Shown piece by piece: positions 46,301-56,385 of a stretch of 64,000 nucleotides of DNA. The notes under the pieces were generated by a model that made no database searches, was not told the DNA's origin, and saw nothing but the letters and a program-made list of their open reading frames with translations. Source of the DNA: Syntrophomonas sp. (GTDB lineage Bacteria; Bacillota; Syntrophomonadia; Syntrophomonadales; Syntrophomonadaceae); assembly GCA_028693695.1 (NCBI GenBank), contig JAQUUV010000001.1:959-64958 (forward strand). The letters are read 5' to 3'. Position numbers and translations under genes: made by a program. The stretch's first letter is position 1; each line of letters starts with the position of its first letter.

Positions 46301-48640
46301 TTATGATTCCTTGTCGGGCAATTCATCCGGTTCTTTAAATTCAATAGCATGGAATAGACCTAGTCCGCGGCTAAACGTCTCTTTGTGCAGAATGGGGGTT
46401 CCGGGATGGTTTTCAGTTGGACAGGGCCAATGAAGACCTGAACCTTGCAATCTAGCATAGCTCATGCCGGCATAGGAAGGCGTGAGTAATCGCATTTCTT
46501 CGAAAATCTCCTCGGCATTGGTATAGGACATGGGGTATCCCAGTCTAGTAGCCAACTCACATAATATCCACCAGTCATCCTGCGCTTCACCTGGTCCGCT
46601 GACTGCTTTGCGTACTAGTTGTACCCGACGTTCGGTACTGGTGAAGGTTCCCTCTTTTTCAGCAAAGGAGAGACCCGGGAAGACTATATCCGCCTTTTGC
46701 GCGATTTCAGTCAGGAATATGTCCTGTACTATCAGGCATTCCAGTTTTTCCAGAGATTCTTCCATATGTAGAATATCCGGATCGCTAACTATCGGATTTT
46801 CTCCCAGCACAAACAGGCCCTTAATCTGGCCTGCATGGGCGGCATGAATGGTTTGGGCAACAGTTAAGCCATTCTCACCGGACAGTGTGAGCCCCCAGGC
46901 CTTTTCGAACTTATCGCGAATCTCACTATTAGTTGCCGCCTGATAGGCAGGATAGGAACCCATATCACAGGCTCCCTGTAGATTGTTCTGTCCCTTCAGA
47001 GCATTGACCCCAGTTCCGGGTCTTCCCACATTTCCAGTCAGCATGGCTAAATTGCACACTGATTTTACATTGTCGGTTCCGGTGCTGTACGGGGTTAGTC
47101 CCATGGAATAGCAGATAGCACTGGCTTCAGATTCGGCATAAATCCGAGCCGCTTTTCTGATGTCATCGGCCAGTACACCTGTAATAGGCTCTACATATTC
47201 GGGGGTATATTTTTCTAAAATCTGTTTTAAAGCTGCAAAATTTTCGGTACGGCTCTCAATAAATTCCTTATCCAGAAGACTTTCTGTAATAATGACATTC
47301 ATCATGCCATTAAGCAGGGCCACATCGGTACCGGGTCGGAAATGCATATGAACATCGGCCATTGTGGCTAGGTCTGTGTAATGTGGGTCAGCTACTATTA
47401 ATTTGGCACCATTCTTACGAACAGTTTGCTTGATCTTATAACCGATGATCGGATGGCTTTCTGTGATGTTGCTGTCTATGACAAAAATAGCCCGGGCATC
47501 CTCGCCCATATCATTAATGGTATTGGTCATAGCCCCACTGCCAAATGCAGCACCGATTCCGGCTATACTGGAGGAATGGCGCCGGCGGGCACAAATGTCA
47601 ATGTTGTTGGTTCCCAGGACAACTCTGGCAAACTTCTGGGCCAGATAGTTTTCTTCGTTGGTCCCCCGCGCTGAGGAGAACATTGCCACGCTATCTGCGC
47701 CATATTTATCTTTCATACCCTTGAGTTTTTCAACTGCAAGATTCAATGCTTCGTCCCAGGATGCCGGGCGAAACTCCCCGTTTTCTTTAATTAAAGGAGT
47801 TGTAAGCCTTTCAGGAGAATGAATTAAATCCCATCCGAAGCGTCCTTTTACACACAGGGCACCTTTGTTAACCGGGCTGAATTCTAAATCTCTTACTGAG
47901 GTTACTCCTACTACATGATCGTCCTTGACATTCAATTCAAAGGTGCAGCCGGTACCGCAGTAGTTACAGGTAGTAAGTACCCCCTTAGTCTGAAATGACC
48001 TGCCTTTGCCGGCTGATACTTTACTGGTCAAAGCTCCTACTGGGCAGACCATTACACATTGGCCGCAAAATACGCAGCTTGAATCGGCCAGCTTGCCATC
48101 AAAAACGGTAGCTATCTTGGCATGATGGCCTCGATCTTTAACATTTATGGCCTGAGCACCGGTAATCTCTTCGCATGCCCGTACACACCTGGTACACATG
48201 ATACATTTATCATAATCCCTTTTAATAAACGGATTGGGATCTTCCATGCCAAAATGCGGTCCTTGGCCCGCATAGCGGGAATCGGCAACTCCATAACGGT
48301 AACAATAATCTTGTAGCTTGCAGCTGCCATCTCTGTCGCAGGTATGGCATTCCAGTTTGTGACGGGCCAGCAATAATTCCAGGATAATTTTTCTGGATTC
48401 AACGACATCGTGGCTTTCAGTTTCTATAACCATGCCATTTTCAGCGGGGCTTACACAGGCAGCCATAAGGTTAGGTCTCCCTTTGGCTTCCACTACACAC
48501 ATACGGCATGATCCGGCTAATTTTAAATCAGGATCATAGCACAGGGTAGGGACATTAGCGCCCGCCTGTTGACAGGCATCTAGAACCATTGTCCCTCTGG
48601 GCACTTGTATTTCCTTGCCATTTATCGTTAGTTTTATCAT
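46301..48640 (-). CDS. Degenerate fdhA paralog (Sec position replaced by Arg, C-terminal domain missing); possibly a pseudoenzyme or pseudogene
   Basis: The 779-aa ORF is colinear with fdhA. It reads ..DICARR-R-HSSSIAG where fdhA has CARL-U-HS (Arg codon at 47579..47581). It has LKGQNNLQG instead of LRGQNNVQG and GLTPYSTG instead of GLTQHSTG. It stops right after FHAIEFKEPDELPDKES, so the last ~120 aa are lacking. Confidence 0.8.
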   Translation of the reverse strand: MIKLTINGKEIQVPRGTMVLDACQQAGANVPTLCYDPDLKLAGSCRMCVVEAKGRPNLMAACVSPAENGMVIETESHDVVESRKIILELLLARHKLECHTCDRDGSCKLQDYCYRYGVADSRYAGQGPHFGMEDPNPFIKRDYDKCIMCTRCVRACEEITGAQAINVKDRGHHAKIATVFDGKLADSSCVFCGQCVMVCPVGALTSKVSAGKGRSFQTKGVLTTCNYCGTGCTFELNVKDDHVVGVTSVRDLEFSPVNKGALCVKGRFGWDLIHSPERLTTPLIKENGEFRPASWDEALNLAVEKLKGMKDKYGADSVAMFSSARGTNEENYLAQKFARVVLGTNNIDICARRRHSSSIAGIGAAFGSGAMTNTINDMGEDARAIFVIDSNITESHPIIGYKIKQTVRKNGAKLIVADPHYTDLATMADVHMHFRPGTDVALLNGMMNVIITESLLDKEFIESRTENFAALKQILEKYTPEYVEPITGVLADDIRKAARIYAESEASAICYSMGLTPYSTGTDNVKSVCNLAMLTGNVGRPGTGVNALKGQNNLQGACDMGSYPAYQAATNSEIRDKFEKAWGLTLSGENGLTVAQTIHAAHAGQIKGLFVLGENPIVSDPDILHMEESLEKLECLIVQDIFLTEIAQKADIVFPGLSFAEKEGTFTSTERRVQLVRKAVSGPGEAQDDWWILCELATRLGYPMSYTNAEEIFEEMRLLTPSYAGMSYARLQGSGLHWPCPTENHPGTPILHKETFSRGLGLFHAIEFKEPDELPDKES

Positions 48641-48663
48641 TGTCTTTCCTCCTTTCCTTAGAA

Positions 48664-48738
48664 TTAAAATATTTTCCCAGCATATTCGTGAGCAAAAGGT
48701 TTAATGGCAGATTGATTTTCCTTTCCGTCGATGATAAG
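48664..48738 (-). pseudogene. Remnant of a nuoF-like 3' end
   Basis: The minus strand encodes ..SAIKPFAHEYAGKIF*, versus ..STIKHFAHEYARKIV* at the end of 44493..45713. The following RBS region is also duplicated. Confidence 0.65.
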
Positions 48739-48780
48739 TTTGATTGATTACACTCTAAACACTCCCTTCAAAATAGCCGT

Positions 48781-48808
48781 AAAAAAACCTCCTATCTGTA
48801 CAGGAGGG
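48781..48808 (-). terminator. Terminator hairpin, candidate expression platform of the upstream riboswitch
   Basis: The minus strand reads CCCTCCTGTACAGATAGGAGGTTTTTTT. Confidence 0.6.
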
Positions 48809-48962
48809 TAGACTTATTTGCCATAGTAAATCCATGACAATATACTGCATTCAAATGCATGCTCCCCCCTGACCAGAAACACCTCAAAGCGCAAAACGCA
48901 TACTAGCACCCGACTTCCCTTGTAAAGAAAGTCTGGGCAACACAAATTGCCTTTACTGACCA

Positions 48963-49080
48963 GTAACTCCTTTCCAAGCAAGGGAGGCAAATCCGTTTCC
49001 CGATTTACCGTGCCGGTAAAGAAAACCGAGTCGGCTAAATCCCCATGGCCGAAGCTTTAGGCGAAGTAGCTTTGGAGCTA
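48963..49080 (-). promoter_or_regulatory. Moco (molybdenum/tungsten cofactor)-type riboswitch candidate
   Basis: The minus strand reads AGCTCCAAAGC..TTAGCCGACTCGG..AATCGGGAAACGGATTTGCCTCCCTTGCTTGGAAAGGAGTTAC. It lies upstream of a Mo/W-enzyme operon, which is the expected genomic context. Confidence 0.7.
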
Positions 49081-49365
49081 AACGTTTGAATATTATTTAG
49101 TTGTTTTCGAAATATTTTTATTATTCTTACAGGTATTATTCTTCATCCGGATGCAAACGAATAATAATATACACATCTATACATATATTAACATAACACA
49201 ACATAACATTACTAGATTACTTTTTATTTTAATTTAATAATGACTCGTCATATAAAAACTATACTCGACTTTACTTAACAGCATTAAAATGCTACAGAAT
49301 GAAATCGCTAGTATCCGCAGGATTGAGTGATCAATATTGTTCTAATTTATCTATAAAATCACTAA

Positions 49366-49470
49366 TTTGCCGCAGAGAATGCCATATGGCTCTTCAGCGA
49401 CATTTCATTGAAATTTAATAGTTTGCTATTCGCTTACCGTTTTTGGGGTTGAAAATGGGCAGTATATTAC
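49366..49470. repeat. ~105-bp direct repeat, copy 1 (ends in GGGGTTGAAAATGGGCA)
   Basis: Aligns by eye with 51877..51983: TTTGC(C/G)GCAGAG..TGCCA..GGCTC..ATAGTTT..TATTCG..GGGGTTGAAAATGGGCA.TATATTAC. Confidence 0.75.
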
Positions 49471-49500
49471 GAGCTAAATATTTAAACTTACAATAAAAAA

Positions 49501-50250
49501 TTATTTAGCAGCATATTTTCGTAAACACTCCTGTATTCGTTGTCTAAGGATAGTCTGATTTGAAATTTCCATGTGGCTAAAATTCGTTGGGGAATTCTCC
49601 AGAAACAAATCCAGTAGTAATTCAACAATCATACTGTTTGTTATTTCCTGGTCCTTCACGGAGCGGCTGGTCATTATCTTGATCCGCAGCTTATTGAGAG
49701 CATCATGAGTTTTATCGGATACCTTATACCCCCTGTTTTTAAGCACGATTTCATCCACCGAAATATTTGGTACAGGCAGCTCATTAATATACTTTTCTAA
49801 TAAACCGCTTATAATGCTTTCTTTAGACATTAATTGGAGTTTATCCTGGGCATCATTATCTCTAATATCGATGGTCATCTTCAGTACCGGATTACCTTCG
49901 ATATTATATAGATTCCACTGTACCCCGTTTGTAGACACCAAATATTTTGAAGGTGACGCTTTTGCTGTAGCAGATATTTTGGGCAGTACCTGGCTTAGAT
50001 CAGAATACAGAGGTCGAATATCAACTAATAATATAGGAAGCAACTGGGCAAACAAAGCATATGAAATCTCACTACCCTGCTTTAACCCCATCGGTTTGTA
50101 ATCTGCAACAACTTCGCTCAGGTTTGATAGATTCCAGCCAATTGATTCAAGTACCGGGCTAACAAATGCTCGGTCTGTATTCCTCTCATTTAAACCCGTA
50201 TTAGCAGCTTTTAATGTGGCGCTTAAAGTAATCAATGTTTCCCTTATCAT
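49501..50250 (-). CDS. Hypothetical protein with an HsdR-N/restriction-endonuclease-like N-terminal region
   Basis: NERNTDRAFVSPVLESIGWNL resembles the opening motif of type I restriction R-subunit N-terminal (PD-(D/E)xK-like) domains. It is followed by ..ISYALF..LPILLVDIRPL. The locus is AT-rich. Confidence 0.4.
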   Translation of the reverse strand: MIRETLITLSATLKAANTGLNERNTDRAFVSPVLESIGWNLSNLSEVVADYKPMGLKQGSEISYALFAQLLPILLVDIRPLYSDLSQVLPKISATAKASPSKYLVSTNGVQWNLYNIEGNPVLKMTIDIRDNDAQDKLQLMSKESIISGLLEKYINELPVPNISVDEIVLKNRGYKVSDKTHDALNKLRIKIMTSRSVKDQEITNSMIVELLLDLFLENSPTNFSHMEISNQTILRQRIQECLRKYAAK

Positions 50251-50599
50251 ATATTAACCTCACTTTTTAATATTTTAATAATATTATATTTGTAAAGTTA
50301 CTTTATGTAAATAGATATATGTAATTTAGATTATTATATTTTTAACTTTTACAAAATCTTTAAGCTATTTTCCTTGCATTATTGATATATTGTGATGTTT
50401 ATAAAAGCACAGTATTATAAACATATTTATTTTTCAACGTATTACTATATTGTTTTTATGTTGTTGTTAAACTTTTTATCGTATATACTTTAACTAAGTT
50501 AACGTTACTTTATAATATATAGCCAGCATTTTTATATCTATTATTATTTAGGAGGTATATATAATTAACGGAGATTTAATTATCAACCAACCAAATATT

Positions 50600-51562
50600 T
50601 TGAATCCCCCAGTCGCAGGTGTAAATAGCGATGCACATCTAATAGCAATGTTTTTGTCCAGTCGAAAAAGAAAATCAGCAAACACTGCCTATGTCTATTC
50701 TGGGGTTCTGAATGAATTTTTCGCCCTTTTGGGCAATAAATCTATCCGCACCATTACATATAGTGATCTGGTGGACTATTCCGAGTACCTGGCTGCGCCC
50801 GATTATGATCGTAATCCTGCAACGCTGGCAGTCAGCACCCAGAACCGCAAAATAGCCACTATTAAAAGCCTTTTTTCCTATGCTAAAAAAATCGGATATG
50901 TAACATTTAATCCGGCTGAACCCCTGGAAACAAAGCGGGTAGACTCTAAAATAGCCCAAAGGATTTTAATGGAGACAGAATTAGAAAGCATTGTCATGGC
51001 GGCTCAGGAGACAGGGAAACTATCTTTATTGGTTGTAATATTTTTCGCCTGTACCGGTTGCAGGGTAAGTGAATTGGCCAATGCGATGTGGAAATCCATA
51101 TTTATCGCACCTCAAGGAGAACGATGTATAACGATAACTGGTAAAGGAAACAAGGATCGGATTATCAAAATACCAGATTTGTTGTGGGATACAATATTAG
51201 ATTACCGGGAAGATAAGGGGCTTATATGTGGGATAGATGCGCAATCCTACTCTCCATTAATAGTAAATAAATTCGGGAACAGTATGTCTACCCAATCCAT
51301 CTGGAAAATAATTAAAGACGTAACGACCCGGTCTGGGGTAAAGAAAAATGTTTCCCCTCACTGGCTCAGACATACGTTTGCCACGGAGGTAGCTAAAAAT
51401 AAAAACAGTAATCTTTGGCAATTACAAAATGATTTAGGGCACAGCAGTATCCGAACCACAGAGGGATATGTTCATATAGCTCAAGGGATGGCCGAAACCA
51501 GTGTTGATCATCTTAATTACCTTCCTACTCTAGGAAAACATATTACCAAAAAAGACATTTAA
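50600..51562 (+). CDS. Tyrosine recombinase/integrase
   Basis: TGCRVSELANA (Arg), HWLRHTFATEV (H-x-x-R), LGHSSIRTTEGYVH (His, Tyr). TTG start. Confidence 0.85.
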   Translation: MNPPVAGVNSDAHLIAMFLSSRKRKSANTAYVYSGVLNEFFALLGNKSIRTITYSDLVDYSEYLAAPDYDRNPATLAVSTQNRKIATIKSLFSYAKKIGYVTFNPAEPLETKRVDSKIAQRILMETELESIVMAAQETGKLSLLVVIFFACTGCRVSELANAMWKSIFIAPQGERCITITGKGNKDRIIKIPDLLWDTILDYREDKGLICGIDAQSYSPLIVNKFGNSMSTQSIWKIIKDVTTRSGVKKNVSPHWLRHTFATEVAKNKNSNLWQLQNDLGHSSIRTTEGYVHIAQGMAETSVDHLNYLPTLGKHITKKDI

Positions 51563-51876
51563 CCGTCCGTTAAACCATAAAAATTAAAAACTCCACCGTA
51601 CTTCTCGCAGACCATGTTGCGATGAAGTTAATTCCGATTGAGTTCCTTCATTATAATATGTAATAATTTTGCCTGCTTTCAGCAAGGGCACATTATTGAA
51701 TGAGACTTTTTACCCCCTGCCCTATTATCTCAAATTCAAGAAAGATGTCCTCCCCCACGAAATACTCACCATTTATAGGCGATAATCTATATGAATGCCA
51801 GCGATTGGTTTACATAATATTTATTATTGTCAACCTATATGCTATACTTTCCCATATCATGACCCATAATATTACG

Positions 51877-51983
51877 TTTTTGCGGCAGAGGCTGCCAAAC
51901 GGCTCACCAGGACCTTTTTGCACATTTTTGATAGTTTAATATTCGGCTGCCGCTTTTAGGGGTTGAAAATGGGCATATATTAC
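51877..51983. repeat. ~105-bp direct repeat, copy 2
   Basis: See 49366..49470. This copy has an internal GCGGCAG..CTGCCGC inverted repeat. Confidence 0.75.
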
Positions 51984-52023
51984 ATGGTGTTTTTGTGGTA
52001 ACAGCAAGTTTCATTGTCGCTCT

Positions 52024-52287
52024 TTATTTATCGCCGTAATGTGTTCGACATTGCAGAATAATAATTTGGTCATCTTCGATGTAGTACACAAGACGGTTTG
52101 TTTCATCTATCCTTCTGCTCCAGCACTTTTGGGCATCGTATTTCAATGGCTCGGGTTTACCTATGCCATCGTAACCGTTCTTTTCAATATCTTTGAGTAA
52201 TTGGTTGATTCTTTTTAGGGTTCGCTTATCCTGCGTTTGCCAATAAAGGTAATCTTCCCATGCGTCATCATGCCATATTTTATTCAT
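52024..52287 (-). CDS. yoeB: YoeB/Txe-family toxin
   Basis: WEDYLYWQTQDKRTLKRINQLLKDI..GIGKPEPLK..WSRRIDETNRLVY..ILQCRTHY. Confidence 0.9.
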   Translation of the reverse strand: MNKIWHDDAWEDYLYWQTQDKRTLKRINQLLKDIEKNGYDGIGKPEPLKYDAQKCWSRRIDETNRLVYYIEDDQIIILQCRTHYGDK

Positions 52288-52549
52288 CGTCCACCTCTAT
52301 CAAGTCGTGGACAACCCCCTTGCCAACCTTAATATCGGCAATAGCTTCTCTAATCCTGTTTTGGTTGTATTCGTTGAAAAAGCCATCTTTGGGCATAGCA
52401 ATCTCAAACGGTATTTTTTGCTCTCTCACAACCGCTTTTATAAAAATTGTGAATGCCGTTGTCATATTCATGCCAAACTCAGAAAATAGGTACTCTGCTT
52501 GCTTTTTTAAATCCTCATCTATGCGAATGTTTATGCTCGTTTGTGCCAT
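52280..52549 (-). CDS. RelB/DinJ-family antitoxin
   Basis: TSINIRIDEDLKKQAEYLFSEFGMNMTTAFTIFIKAVVREQKIPFEI. Overlaps yoeB by 8 nt. Confidence 0.85.
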   Translation of the reverse strand: MAQTSINIRIDEDLKKQAEYLFSEFGMNMTTAFTIFIKAVVREQKIPFEIAMPKDGFFNEYNQNRIREAIADIKVGKGVVHDLIEVDDE

Positions 52550-52722
52550 TTAAAAACACTCCTTCTATCACATTGTATATTCAATGTACATCAATAACTA
52601 TTATATGTAAAGTCATTGTGTTTAAACATCAATATTTTTTGGGGTTATATAGCCTTTCGGGTGGGATCATTTATCCCTACCGTAATTATCTATCCATAAA
52701 TCCAAGAAGCTAATTCTATAAA

Positions 52723-53115
52723 TCAGAATTTAATTATTTTTGGGGCAGCAGTAAAAGAAGAAATCGTAGCAACGGCATCTTTCAGATACAATACCTGCGT
52801 GTTATCGTCTGTTGCAGAATACATGGCCTGTAATTCAGGATAGTTATCGAGCATACACTGCTTTGCATCCACACGGTCATCCTCTAACGCAATTGCCTGA
52901 ATCCGAATCCATTCGCCGCCATTCATGGCACAAATCTCAACTTTGGGATTTGCCATCATTTGTTTTGAAACATCCTTGACCTTACCTGTCTGGATATAAA
53001 GTTTATCCTCAAAGAGATTAACAGTTCCGAATGGGCGAACTCTTGGTTGGTCACCATCCACCGTTGCCAGATAATAGGTCCCACACTTTTTTAAAAAATC
53101 ATAGACTTCCTGCAT
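52723..53115 (-). CDS. Pyridoxamine 5'-phosphate oxidase-family (FMN-binding split-barrel) protein
   Basis: YYLATVDGDQPRVRPFG..LYIQTGKVKDVSKQMMANPKVEICAM. Confidence 0.8.
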   Translation of the reverse strand: MQEVYDFLKKCGTYYLATVDGDQPRVRPFGTVNLFEDKLYIQTGKVKDVSKQMMANPKVEICAMNGGEWIRIQAIALEDDRVDAKQCMLDNYPELQAMYSATDDNTQVLYLKDAVATISSFTAAPKIIKF

Positions 53116-53640
53116 AGATTATTTCCTCCGTTCATATTGGAATTGACTTTTCCAAGCATTTACAGTTCCATTGTATCATGAACTCTGCAAAATATTAGAA
53201 ACAATACTCAACGCATCTTCAAATAGCCTGTACCTTACGTTGTAGTTGCTTTATTACTTGTGCTTTTATAGTACCAATGTGTAGATAAGTGTTCAAAAAC
53301 AAAGCCATGAAAAATCTCTTTCAATGCATCAGCATTGATCTAAGTGAACCGACAAATAATCGTCATCCATTGGAAGCTGATAATACTGCCAGATTTTGAT
53401 ATTTACAAAGGCAATCAACGAATCTGAAACCGGCTTTTCTCAGGTCATTGTCCATGTCCCATAGTGTACCTGGCATATCCCTCATGGCTTTGTAGTTTTC
53501 AAGTTGTTTTTTCTTCAATGCGTCTCCAAGATCAATCTTCATTAAACCCACAGCCATTTCAATTACGTTATATGGCAGGCTGTGTGAAAACCATTAATAA
53601 GCCTAATACCAAAATAGTGTAACTGTGCTGCCGAACTGAT

Positions 53641-54015
53641 TTATGGTTTCCATAGAATAATTCCTTCAGTTTTGTTCTGACTTTCGTAGGCCAGAAAGTC
53701 AGAATATGTTTTTACTTTGCCTTCAATCACCGCTCTGCAAACATTTATTCCCGGAACCTTTCTATTTAGTCTGCATGCTGTATTTTTTATGGTCAAAATT
53801 ATTTCTTTAGACTCAGGGGTTAAAGAATCTAGTATTCTCTCTGCAACCTCCTCAAATACGCCTGCATATGGTGAGGCCTTGGCAATATGGATCATATAGA
53901 TTTGCCAGATATCATTTTGCTCGTCCTCATATAAAGCATGCCATTCCAGACACATATCATCTTCATTTAACAGGTTAGAGTATTCTATTTTAGGATTTAG
54001 ATACGAGCTTTTCAC
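53641..54015 (-). CDS. Hypothetical protein
   Basis: 124-aa ORF with no motif I recognise. Confidence 0.45.
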   Translation of the reverse strand: MKSSYLNPKIEYSNLLNEDDMCLEWHALYEDEQNDIWQIYMIHIAKASPYAGVFEEVAERILDSLTPESKEIILTIKNTACRLNRKVPGINVCRAVIEGKVKTYSDFLAYESQNKTEGIILWKP

Positions 54016-54048
54016 TGGCCATCTGAGCCATAAGAATCTTGCGCTTTA

Positions 54049-54330
54049 TCAAAAGGAGTAATCCGGGTGAACTATCAATTTCCCTATGTAACAAGTTCCA
54101 TCGTTTCCAAAGGCTCTGACCGAGCCGACAATTTTTCGGTCCTCAACCGCCTTAAGGATAATTGAGTTTTTTGCCTCTTCCTGGAGCCCTCCCAGGGTTT
54201 GAACAAGTGGCGGTATTCCATAATCATTATAGATGGCTGCTTCACTTTGGTAAGCGAGTTTCTGAAGATTCAGGATTTCTTTCAAAATCATCCTTTGATG
54301 CAATATCCACTGACGGAAAAATATAATCAA
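54049..54330 (-). pseudogene. GNAT acetyltransferase, truncated before the acetyl-CoA motif
   Basis: ..KAVEDRKIVGSVRAFGNDGTCYIGKLIVHPDY, then a stop where Q/RxxGxG/A should follow. Confidence 0.55.
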
Positions 54331-54791
54331 TCCCGGAAGACGCTTTTAATCGTTCTGATAATTCTTTCATGCAGACCAGCTTCTTTCTCTTTCTCTTGCA
54401 TAATACTGCGCAGCAATAATAAGTTTATTCACTCTGTTAAATGATGTAAAATATAATCATTAATAACAAACATTGGAGGTCTTTAATTTGAGTAAATATC
54501 AAAAGTGGACCGTTGCATTTTGCCTTTTATTTGCTGCATCAAGTATGATTGGGCAAGTAACAAGAACATCTACCTACATGCATTCGGTTTCGATCTTTAC
54601 CACGATATTATTTGTTATTTTAGCTTCTATTTACGCATATAAAGCATATTATAATGGGCGCTAATGATTCGCACTCATCTTAATGTTCTTTTTTAACATT
54701 ATGCGCAGCAGTATATTTTCAACAGAACAAAAAGTTATTAATAACTAAACTAGAGAATCCATTATAAAAGTAATATTAAAGGTGGATAACT

Positions 54792-55301
54792 ATGAACCAT
54801 TTCATTAAAGCTATATTGCTTAATTCTATAGTTAACGTTTGGCCTTGGATACGAATATCTTTAATCGGATTTATAATTGGTATCAGTCTCTGTGGTTTTT
54901 GCATTTGGGTAAACCCCAGCACGGTAATTTTTTCTGTAGATATGGCAACAATAAATAGCAGTTCACATTTGGAAATTGCAGGAATATTAGCTGCTAAAAT
55001 TATAAAGATTTTATTGATTGTAATAATATGTTTATTTATTCCTAGGAATAAGTTTGGTGTTGCAATAGGTAAAATATTGTTTTTATTGATATCAATATAT
55101 CTGGGCTTTTGCTTCGTATTATTTTTTAAGAGCTCAGGCGAAGATTATTTAACTCTTGTTTATCTAAGTGTACAGGTATTTTCTGTCCTCTGGTGCCTTT
55201 ACATTGGAACTTTAAAAACAGATTTTATTGAAAAAACCAAGTTAGGCATAATGCCGTTTTTGCTTTTAGCGGCTGTTAGTATATGTCAAACCTTTTTTTA
55301 A
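54792..55301 (+). CDS. Integral membrane protein, unknown function
   Basis: 169 aa with 5 hydrophobic segments. AAAGGTGGA RBS. Confidence 0.55.
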   Translation: MNHFIKAILLNSIVNVWPWIRISLIGFIIGISLCGFCIWVNPSTVIFSVDMATINSSSHLEIAGILAAKIIKILLIVIICLFIPRNKFGVAIGKILFLLISIYLGFCFVLFFKSSGEDYLTLVYLSVQVFSVLWCLYIGTLKTDFIEKTKLGIMPFLLLAAVSICQTFF

Positions 55302-55689
55302 CACTCCCAGAGGTCCTAACAAAATCATTACTGCGTATATTTTTTAGGTGCACTAAAATAAAACCAATCTGACCTTAAACCATCCCTGTGGTTCCCCAAA
55401 AAAACAATTGTAAAAGGCAGGAATTTTCACATGCCAATAACACTCAGTTGACGTTATATATGCCACATAAACCCTATTTTAGCTTATATCTTTAAGGCTA
55501 ACACCGGACATGATTTCGTTTGAAACCGAGCCGTCCCTTGGCTGCCGCTTTTTGGATTGCCTCAGCCGCCACGGGGACGCTGCATTTCGTTTTGCCACTG
55601 AATACCTCCACGGTTCCTATAGCCTTTGCGACGGACAGAGCCTGGCTCCTCCGCAAGCGCCTGATTGATCTTGATTTTTCGGACGATCG

Positions 55690-56037
55690 GCTTCATCGCG
55701 CCCGCTTGCAATTTCAATAGTATGTTCAATTAGTTTTGCACCAATTCCCTGCTTGTGGTAGGACGGCAAAACACTAATTGGTCCAAATCCAATTACTTTT
55801 TGCTTAGTACCTGCATCATCTACAACGATAGCTTTGCTATATACAATATTTCCAACGATTTCTCCGCCAAGTTCTGCAACAAAGTCAAGATCTTATATAA
55901 ATGCTTGGGAACTTCTCAATTTGTGCAAAATAAAATGCTCGTTGCAGCCTGGTCTATAAACATTCCAAAATGCCTCTCTAGTCAGATTTTCTACTGTTCT
56001 AAAATCTTTCTCGTCCTCTATTTGAGTTAATCTTCAT
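55690..56037 (-). pseudogene. GNAT acetyltransferase with an in-frame stop and a degraded C-terminus
   Basis: My own minus-strand translation: MKINSNRGREKDFRTVENLTREAFWNVYRPGCNEHFILHKLRSSQAFI*DLDFVAELGGEIVGNIVYSKA..ISVLPSYHKQGIGAKLIEHTIEIA. The stop is at 55894..55896. Confidence 0.6.
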
Positions 56038-56109
56038 CTTCTTAAGTTGTAGCAAAATAGCGAATTCTTTATCATTATTATGATATAATAGTATCAATAT
56101 AAATGCGAG

Positions 56110-56385
56110 GTGAGTATAATGCCTGTTATTCGTCCAGTTTCTGATTTACGAAATAAGACACCCGAAATTGAAGAAATATGTATCAAGGAACAAAAGCCAG
56201 TTTTCATCACCAAGAACGGAAATGGTCATCTGGTAGTTATGAGTCAAAGACTATATGAGGAACAGCAAGCACTTATGGAGTTATATGACAATCTGGATGA
56301 AGCCGAAGTCCAAAGCTCTCAGGGAGCCAAACGAATACCTCACCGTGAAGTCATGGCAAGGCTAAGGGCGCGACTTAATGGGTAA
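56110..56385 (+). CDS. Phd/YefM-type antitoxin
   Basis: PVIRPVSDLRNKTPEIEEICIKEQKPVFITKNGNGHLVVMS. Confidence 0.8.
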   Translation: MSIMPVIRPVSDLRNKTPEIEEICIKEQKPVFITKNGNGHLVVMSQRLYEEQQALMELYDNLDEAEVQSSQGAKRIPHREVMARLRARLNG

